From positions 1-30,609 of IMG/VR virus record IMGVR_UViG_3300038673_000372: DNA of 30,609 nucleotides, one strand, 5' to 3'. The notes below the pieces were generated by a model, which made no database searches, was not told the origin of the DNA, and was given only the letters and a program-made list of their open reading frames with translations. Positions 24,468 through 30,609 of this stretch are shown here, piece by piece. Source of the DNA: a virus. Its lineage: Duplodnaviria > Caudoviricetes. Position numbers and translations under genes: made by a program. The stretch's first letter is position 1. The number at the start of each line of letters is the position of its first letter.

Positions 24468-26419
24468 TATTCGTCCTCAATCTCTCCAAATATTTCGCAT
24501 TCTTCTGTTTCTTTTTTGAGTTGTTCCGGCGGGAACGGAAGTTCATCTGTAGGCTCTGTATCATCCCAAGAATAATCGTAAGCCAAATCCGATAATCCAG
24601 TAAAAAATCTCTTAGACGGCTTATCATAATAAAGCCCTACGGTCTTGCCTTCCATACCTCTCATACGGTCTTTGAGTATGTCAAACAGAACATCATATTT
24701 GATAGGTTCTTTTTGCCAGCCTTGTCCGTTGAGCCTTGGCGTTCCTGCTTTGTCTGCATCTGAAACCCTATATAAGCTCACAACCCTGTGCGCTAAATCG
24801 CTCAATGCCATAGCGCCTTGGATATCCATTTTATTCATACGCCTTGTCATATCCATTTTGTGAGGGTGAACTACCATAACTACAACAACATTAAACTTCT
24901 TTGCAAAGTCTATGAGTTCGGTAATAAATTTTGCTTGTTTTTCATACTTATCCTTAACATCACAATCCAGATTTAATGCGGTAAGGTTATCAACGATTAA
25001 AAGCTTTACGCCGTTCTTTCTCACCGTTTCTTCCATAGAAAGCATAAGGTCATCAATTTTGCGAGAGCACCCGTCTTTATAAATATAGAGGTTATCTCTG
25101 TAGAAATCGTTGAGCTTTTCTTTGATGTGCTTAGGCGCTCTCCAGTAAATTGAATCAGAATCTTGATACTGTTTCAAATGCTTTTGCCCCGTCAAGATAA
25201 AGCTGATCCAGTTTTTTGTTTGGTGGTTCGGCAACTCACCGCTGTAAAACCAAGTCTTTTTGCCTTGCTCTAATGCCTGACAAATTATCTGGCTAAGAAA
25301 AGAAGTTTTACCAGACCCGTTTATGCCCGTCACAACATTGAATGTTCCATAGAACAAGCGCATAAGTTCTCTGTCGATGCCTCTGATTCCAAAGTTAATT
25401 CCCTCAATATCCTCAAGGTTCACATCTTCAATATCTGAATAGTCTATGACGCTTTCAATGGGACAATCTTTGGCATTTAAGATAAGTTCAATGACCTTTT
25501 CTTTTCCATAGTAAAAGAGAACCTCGTTCAAATCTTTTACAGATACGACAGTTCCATTTTCTTTCTCATACTTGCTTGGAATATCTATGACTTTTGTTCT
25601 CCAAGTTCCAAGCCGATAGATTATTTCTTTTTGCATTTTATATCCCGGCGCATCGTTGTCAGAGCAAATAATTATTTGTTCAAACTGCTCTAACCAATCC
25701 CAGTTCTCGTCAATCCAAGTGAAATTTCCAGCGCCGAAAGGAACGGAAGTCGCATTAGAATATCCTGCCTCAATAGCAGTCATACAATCTATCTCGCCCT
25801 CGCAAATAAGAAGTGGCATAGAGGCGTTTATCTTATTCATATTATAGAGCAAAGGCGAGGTATCCGCGTTTTTTTGACACCAAGTTTTAGTCTCACATTT
25901 TTCAAGTTTTCTCGCGGGGCGATATTTAACAAGAGTTAATACATCGTTCAAATCGTAGAAATTAAACGCGATGTTTCCGCCCTCTTGTCTTGCGTCTAAG
26001 TAGTCTATAGTTTGTCTGCTGATTTTTCTTTTTGCAAGATAGTCGTAGATGAGTTCCTTATCATCAGCCTGAACTTCTTTAGGATATCTGTACTGATGTT
26101 TCGTCTTAACTCTCATTTCGCCAAAACTGTAATTTATACCGGCGAGAGTTGTTAGTTTTTCTACGGCCTCAAGATATGTGCAACCTGCAAACATAAACGC
26201 ATCTATAATATCTACATTTTTTCCACACCCAAAACAGTGACAATTATACGCCTTTGCATTATAGATAAAACTCGGCGTTTTTTCATCGTGGAAAGGGCAA
26301 CAACATTTCTTATTTCTTTCATCAAACTCATCTATATTAAGGGCAGTCATTATGTTGGCAAAGTTATCCTCGCCAAGTTTTTCTTTTGCCTTATCAATAA
26401 CTTCTCTGTCTACAATCAA
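24467..26419 (-). CDS. Primase-helicase fusion (CHC2 zinc finger, TOPRIM, SF4/RecA-like helicase)
   Basis: CPFHDEKTPS...CFGC; CEGEIDC; SDND; GINGSGKT; IVDNL; VVHP. Confidence 0.9.
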   Translation of the reverse strand: MIVDREVIDKAKEKLGEDNFANIMTALNIDEFDERNKKCCCPFHDEKTPSFIYNAKAYNCHCFGCGKNVDIIDAFMFAGCTYLEAVEKLTTLAGINYSFGEMRVKTKHQYRYPKEVQADDKELIYDYLAKRKISRQTIDYLDARQEGGNIAFNFYDLNDVLTLVKYRPARKLEKCETKTWCQKNADTSPLLYNMNKINASMPLLICEGEIDCMTAIEAGYSNATSVPFGAGNFTWIDENWDWLEQFEQIIICSDNDAPGYKMQKEIIYRLGTWRTKVIDIPSKYEKENGTVVSVKDLNEVLFYYGKEKVIELILNAKDCPIESVIDYSDIEDVNLEDIEGINFGIRGIDRELMRLFYGTFNVVTGINGSGKTSFLSQIICQALEQGKKTWFYSGELPNHQTKNWISFILTGQKHLKQYQDSDSIYWRAPKHIKEKLNDFYRDNLYIYKDGCSRKIDDLMLSMEETVRKNGVKLLIVDNLTALNLDCDVKDKYEKQAKFITELIDFAKKFNVVVVMVVHPHKMDMTRRMNKMDIQGAMALSDLAHRVVSLYRVSDADKAGTPRLNGQGWQKEPIKYDVLFDILKDRMRGMEGKTVGLYYDKPSKRFFTGLSDLAYDYSWDDTEPTDELPFPPEQLKKETEECEIFGEIEDE

Positions 26420-26422
26420 ATC

Positions 26423-27190
26423 CTACCCTCCCCACATCATATTTTTGTATTCACAATGGTCGCATACATCGCAAAGATAATTGCATTTGAAATAATCAAT
26501 GCGAGGCGACCAGTCCTCGTTGTCAATAATTCTTTCTATCATTCGTTTAGCCCACTGCTTTGTTTCCTCAAACTTTTCAACATCAAAATCTTCCTCAACC
26601 CAACTTGACTTAAAGCAGTTGAACGCAAGTTTTTCCGGTGGCGCTTTATAAATGTCTATGACTGGTATGCAGTAAAGATAAAGTTGTCTCAGATATTCGT
26701 CAAGTAGTTTGTCTGTTTTTGTGGGCGTTTTTCTTTTGCTTCTCGGCTTCAAATCTCTTGATTTGTGGTCGAGGATAATTTTTCCGTCGTCAGCAACGGC
26801 ATCAATTATTCCGATGAAATTATATCCGTCTAAACTAAAATCGCATTTTAGTTCGGTCGAGATTTTATCCATATAAGGGAACTCTATGTTGTCAAAGTAA
26901 TCAATACCTTTTTTATAATAATTAAAATAAATATCCGTCGATGGCGGACTTCCTCTAACAGTAGAAAAGAAGTTGGAGATGTAATAGTTAGTCAACTCGT
27001 CTTTTTGAATCTGACCGCTCAAATACATCTCCAGTATTTTATGCACTAAACTTCCGTATTCAGCAAAGAACCCCGGACTTGATTGCACTTCTTTTATGTA
27101 TTTCAGAAACCACCCATATCGGCAATCTCTGAAACTGTTAATTCTTGAAAAACTCCACCGCATATCCTTTATAATAAGGCTACAGTTCAT
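26423..27190 (-). CDS. PD-(D/E)XK (RecB/Cas4-like) exonuclease
   Basis: SFSRIN...C...GSLVH...GIID...ILDHKS; C-terminal CNYLCDVCDHC. Confidence 0.85.
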   Translation of the reverse strand: MNCSLIIKDMRWSFSRINSFRDCRYGWFLKYIKEVQSSPGFFAEYGSLVHKILEMYLSGQIQKDELTNYYISNFFSTVRGSPPSTDIYFNYYKKGIDYFDNIEFPYMDKISTELKCDFSLDGYNFIGIIDAVADDGKIILDHKSRDLKPRSKRKTPTKTDKLLDEYLRQLYLYCIPVIDIYKAPPEKLAFNCFKSSWVEEDFDVEKFEETKQWAKRMIERIIDNEDWSPRIDYFKCNYLCDVCDHCEYKNMMWGG

Positions 27191-27206
27191 TTTTCACTCC
27201 TTATCA

Positions 27207-27632
27207 TTAAAACGGAAGGTCGTCGCTATCGTCAACAGGCGCAGGGACTTCATTTTCAGTAGGCTTTGTTGTTTTTGTGGTCTTTACAGAATCCTTGCTC
27301 TCAGATGACCTCTTTTGAATTTGAATAAAATCAATCTCAACCTCTGTTTTTGTTTTTTCCTCCCCATCTCTTGAGGTATAAGTAGATGTTTTCTCTACCC
27401 CAGTTACAAACACCGTATCTCCTTTAACGATTTCTTTTGCGATTTCCGCATACTGTCGCCAAGCGATACAGTTTTTCCATACGGCAACTTTATCATCACC
27501 AGTTCCTGTTTCGCCAACTTTTATAGAAAATTTAACGAGCAGAGAACCCTTTTCGCCCACTATGAAACTTTCAGCATCACGCGGAACGAACCCAGAACCA
27601 ATAGCCTTACCGTCTTTTGTTACAAGAAACAT
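27207..27632 (-). CDS. ssb: Single-stranded DNA-binding protein
   Basis: OB-fold pattern (WKNCIAW...KGDTVFVTG) and acidic tail DDSDDLPF. Confidence 0.9.
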   Translation of the reverse strand: MFLVTKDGKAIGSGFVPRDAESFIVGEKGSLLVKFSIKVGETGTGDDKVAVWKNCIAWRQYAEIAKEIVKGDTVFVTGVEKTSTYTSRDGEEKTKTEVEIDFIQIQKRSSESKDSVKTTKTTKPTENEVPAPVDDSDDLPF

Positions 27633-28354
27633 TATTTGTTTCCTCCTTTATTTTTGTTTATATATTCCTCAGTCTTTCGCAGAACCTCTGCCGCCATTTC
27701 AAGGTCTTTAATCTTTGCAAAGTTTGCAGTAGGCGAACCATTAACAGTAATTACAGACTCGAAAAAGTCTGTGATAGCTTTTCTTTTCTTTTCATCTTTG
27801 CCACAATATGCTTTTGATAATTCGCCTATCTTCTCAATAAGGCCATTCAAAATTCTATTATTTTCAGCGTCCTCTGCCTCTTTTTTCTTTGCGTACCACT
27901 GATCTGCATCATCATCAGCAACAGTAGCAACATTAAAATACTTCAAGAGAAAGTATCGAGATGAATAAGATAGCCCAGAACCAAACGCTTTGCTTGCATC
28001 GTCTTGATGTCCTACAAAGAACCAAGGCACTTCAAGTTTGTCGTTCCTGTCTGAATTATTGTACCAAGTATAAACCATATCCCCATAGACAAAAATCTCG
28101 CTGACGGTTTTCTCTATTTTATCACCGCTCTTTGCAAAACTAATGTTGTTGTAATTATTAAGAACAACCCTATTCGTTCCTTGAACAATAGACGGAACAA
28201 GGGATATGTTGTATTTTTCCATACCCGCCAAAACCTTTGCTAAAATTTCATCCTCAGGAACATACTTGTAATTATATCCTTTCTTGCTCTGTTCCATAAC
28301 CTCGACCAGACCACGAATTTTAGCAAGTTTTTCTAACAATGTCAACTCTGCCAA
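27632..28354 (-). CDS. ERF-family single-strand annealing protein
   Basis: GYNYKY...KAFGSGLSYSSRYFLLKYF....DDDAD. Confidence 0.85.
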   Translation of the reverse strand: MAELTLLEKLAKIRGLVEVMEQSKKGYNYKYVPEDEILAKVLAGMEKYNISLVPSIVQGTNRVVLNNYNNISFAKSGDKIEKTVSEIFVYGDMVYTWYNNSDRNDKLEVPWFFVGHQDDASKAFGSGLSYSSRYFLLKYFNVATVADDDADQWYAKKKEAEDAENNRILNGLIEKIGELSKAYCGKDEKKRKAITDFFESVITVNGSPTANFAKIKDLEMAAEVLRKTEEYINKNKGGNK

Positions 28355-28387
28355 ATTAAATCTCCTTTCATAATAGGGGGGGTATAT

Positions 28388-28579
28388 TTAGACTTTCCAA
28401 ATTATTTTGTCAAATTCGGTCGGATTTTTATTTTTTGCAATCTTAGATAAAATTCCGTCAACCTCTTTATATAAATAATACAAAGTCCTTTCCTTATTAG
28501 ATGTAACTACATACCGAAACCCTTGCCCAATGCAATTAACCCACTTAGTTTCTGAAGAAGGGATTTTATCCTTTGCCAT
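28388..28579 (-). CDS. Hypothetical protein
   Basis: 63 aa; RBS GAGGT. Confidence 0.7.
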   Translation of the reverse strand: MAKDKIPSSETKWVNCIGQGFRYVVTSNKERTLYYLYKEVDGILSKIAKNKNPTEFDKIIWKV

Positions 28580-28587
28580 AATTTACC

Positions 28588-28812
28588 TCACTGTTCTTGA
28601 GTAAACAAAGATTTAAGCTTATCTACAAGAACGCTGATCGTAATGTTCTTTTCCTCAATCGCAGCCTGTGTCGCTCGAACATACCCTTGATATTGCCTTT
28701 CGAGTTCTCGATAGTTATCGACAACCTCTTGATATCTCTGAGATGCCAAGTCATATTCCTTTGCCTCGATAGCCTCTTCAAAACTCATTTCCTTGCTTGT
28801 ATCCTTAGCCAT
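28588..28812 (-). CDS. Hypothetical coiled-coil protein
   Basis: 74 aa; RBS AAGGAG. Confidence 0.7.
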   Translation of the reverse strand: MAKDTSKEMSFEEAIEAKEYDLASQRYQEVVDNYRELERQYQGYVRATQAAIEEKNITISVLVDKLKSLFTQEQ

Positions 28813-28823
28813 AAATAATCTCC

Positions 28824-29084
28824 TTAAAATTTAATAGTTTTTTCCGCACAGTCTTTACACCAAAACTCTTTTTCGATGATATGAACCTCAAGGTTATCGT
28901 TGTTAATCTGTATAAACTTCTTGCATTTTGAACAATTTACTACGATGTTCTTTTTGCAAGCGTCAACACAGTCTAAACAATAATATGAACCCTCGCCAAT
29001 GTCTAACCCAAAATCGCCGGAAACAAACGGCTTTTTACAGCTAAAACAAATGCCTACAATTCCGTCAGTTGGATTTCCCCCCAT
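28824..29084 (-). CDS. Small multi-CxxC zinc-binding protein
   Basis: CFSC, CLDC, CSKC, CKDC. Confidence 0.7.
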   Translation of the reverse strand: MGGNPTDGIVGICFSCKKPFVSGDFGLDIGEGSYYCLDCVDACKKNIVVNCSKCKKFIQINNDNLEVHIIEKEFWCKDCAEKTIKF

Positions 29085-29086
29085 TG

Positions 29087-29326
29087 CTATTCATCCTTTC
29101 TTTCGTATTTTGCTATCAACCTCTTTGGAATATACAGAGTTCCACACTCCGAACAGGCTAATATGTCACCAAGAATAAGAACATTGTAATCCGTTTTACA
29201 AACGGGACAACAGTCGCCTATCATAGTTGAGAATTTGCAATCCTTGGACGAGCACATCCACATTTTTTCGTCATCGGATATATACATTAAATTAGAACAC
29301 GCCGGGCATTTTTTTAAATTTTTCAT
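29087..29326 (-). CDS. Small double Zn-ribbon protein
   Basis: CPAC, CSSKDC, CPVC, CSEC; overlaps the methylase stop (ATGA). Confidence 0.7.
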   Translation of the reverse strand: MKNLKKCPACSNLMYISDDEKMWMCSSKDCKFSTMIGDCCPVCKTDYNVLILGDILACSECGTLYIPKRLIAKYERKDE

Positions 29327-30036
29327 TGAACGCCACCTATTCTATCTATCTTAAATAATCTTTCAACACCTTTCTTGCTTCCAGTGTCTTTGGTCAAACT
29401 GCTTACTATTTCTTTTTCAAATACGCACTTAAAATCATCTGGCGCGTTATATTCACTAACATAAACAATATGACCGTCTATCACCTTTTTCCTACACCAA
29501 TTAAAAAAATCTAAATGGTTAAAACCATTAAGATACTTTGTCGAATTAGCGTACGGGGGGTCGCAATATATAATACTATTTTTTGGAATATCTAATTGAG
29601 AATAGTCGCAAGTTAAAAGTTTTACTCCTTGTAGGCGTTTACTTTGTTTTACTGCGTTTCTGTATGCCTCTGACACATAATCTCTTTTCCCATCAGAATC
29701 TCTGCTCCACCCGCCAAGCCATTTGCCACCATAACTAAACGCAAATCCAGCATATCCCTTGTGTTTATACTCTTCGCTCGCTCTTAATTGTTTATAGTCC
29801 CCCTCAGTAAATTCGCTGTTATCCTTTGGGAGTTCGTGGACAAAATCTCTAATAGAAACTAATGCGTCTATGACATATTTGTTTGAATCAGACCCAATTC
29901 TTTCGCCAGAAACTTTATCTATGGTGTTTCCACCGCCGACAAATGGCTCAACCCAAACTTGATTGTCTCTTTTTTCGGACAACATAATAGGAAGTATATA
30001 TTTAGAAATTCTTTGCTTACTACCCATATATTTCAT
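29323..30036 (-). CDS. Dam-like (D12-class) N6-adenine DNA methyltransferase
   Basis: MKYMGSK, EPFVGGG (motif I), YCDPPY (motif IV), VSEY. Confidence 0.88.
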   Translation of the reverse strand: MKYMGSKQRISKYILPIMLSEKRDNQVWVEPFVGGGNTIDKVSGERIGSDSNKYVIDALVSIRDFVHELPKDNSEFTEGDYKQLRASEEYKHKGYAGFAFSYGGKWLGGWSRDSDGKRDYVSEAYRNAVKQSKRLQGVKLLTCDYSQLDIPKNSIIYCDPPYANSTKYLNGFNHLDFFNWCRKKVIDGHIVYVSEYNAPDDFKCVFEKEIVSSLTKDTGSKKGVERLFKIDRIGGVQ

Positions 30037-30049
30037 TAAGTAAAATATC

Positions 30050-30496
30050 CTATTTCCTTTCTCCTTTTATTGCCTCTTCCTCCGTAAGATAAACCAAACT
30101 AAGAGGAACTTCTCCCCAGTTGTTTTCAAAGTAAACTTTAGGCTCTACAAATCCGAGTTTCGTATCTCCGTATATCCGTTTAGGGTGAGTATTGGTAATC
30201 GACATATATACAGACACAACCCTATCTTTAACGCCTATAAACTTTTTGCCAATTTCGCTCTTTCCGTTTTCGTCGCAATACGGACAATCTAATTTCATAA
30301 CAGAGCCAGAGTATGTAGTCTTGATAGTTCCCTTGCCACCACAAACGGAACAGATTTCAAGAATTGGAACCTCTTGTCTGATGTACGCGATTTTACCAAC
30401 CTCAATGCCTTTCAGATAAGATTTAAAAAGTTCCTTTGCACTTTTCTTTTCTTCGTCCGTGAGTTCGTATAAGGTTTGTCCGCCGTCTATATCCAT
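30050..30496 (-). CDS. Hypothetical protein with DnaJ-like CxxCxGxG motif
   Basis: CSVCGGKG...CPYC; ATG 30496 follows AAGGAGGAG (ORF track start 30538 runs through palindromic site 7). Confidence 0.7.
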   Translation of the reverse strand: MDIDGGQTLYELTDEEKKSAKELFKSYLKGIEVGKIAYIRQEVPILEICSVCGGKGTIKTTYSGSVMKLDCPYCDENGKSEIGKKFIGVKDRVVSVYMSITNTHPKRIYGDTKLGFVEPKVYFENNWGEVPLSLVYLTEEEAIKGERK

Positions 30497-30509
30497 ATTT
30501 TCTCCTCCT

Positions 30510-30537
30510 TGCCAATAAAACTTATGTTTTATTGTCA
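30510..30537. repeat. Palindromic gene-boundary site 7: TGCCAATAAAA-CTTATG-TTTTATTGTCA
   Basis: Between the stop at 30542 and the RBS of the next gene. Confidence 0.9.
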
Positions 30538-30541
30538 TACA

Positions 30542-30609
30542 TCAATAATTTTTCGCCTCTTCTCTCGTGCAAAAGAAGTGAAAACCCGTGCTACACTCTT
30601 CGTCCGACA
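30542..30609 (-). CDS. C-terminal end of a protein running off the window (DUF5758-like tail)
   Basis: SDEECSTGFHFFCTREEAKNY* resembles the 'ECSTGIHFF.TR.EA..Y' ending of phage pentapeptide-repeat-associated proteins. Confidence 0.55.
   Translation of the reverse strand, partial: SDEECSTGFHFFCTREEAKNY

Noticed and set aside
26423-27190. Cas4-like nuclease as evidence of CRISPR-Cas
   Set aside because: It sits in an ERF-SSB-primase replication/recombination operon, the usual context for stand-alone phage exonucleases.
3385-30537. Palindromic repeats as a CRISPR array
   Set aside because: Copies are hundreds to thousands of bases apart and separated by whole genes; no cas operon is present.
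8694-30609. Genome-wide stop-codon reassignment
   Set aside because: Long genes are intact in the standard code and TAA, TAG and TGA all end genes; only one internal TGA was noticed.

Overview
This window is a segment of a tailed phage or prophage genome, low in GC, with Firmicutes/Clostridia-type RBSs and sigma-A promoters. Positions 1-8603 (+) hold the end of the tail/receptor-binding module and the lysis module (amidase, two holin-like genes). A bidirectional terminator at ~8612-8658 marks the strand switch. Positions 8694-30609 (-) hold small accessory genes, a VRR-NUC-like gene, an intein-containing class II ribonucleotide reductase, nucleotide-pool enzymes, a lytic transglycosylase, DnaE, a primase-helicase, a PD-(D/E)XK exonuclease, SSB, an ERF recombinase and a Dam-like methylase. 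Three observations stand out. (1) A palindrome GCCAATAAAA-N6-TTTTATTGGC occurs 7 times (plus one degenerate copy), each time at a gene boundary, typically between a stop codon and the next RBS. It has the geometry of a tyrosine-recombinase site and may define a phage gene-cassette system or an operator network. (2) A 3142-bp higher-GC bacterial fragment (intact type III Mod methylase, truncated Res, 5'-truncated ORF) sits inside a 5'-nucleotidase gene, which rejoins in frame when the fragment is removed. No transposase, terminal repeats or target duplication are visible. (3) An 83-bp remnant resembling the fused ends of an IS200/IS605 (IscB-type) element lies at the nrdJ stop codon. All family assignments come from motif recognition by eye; no database searches were run.
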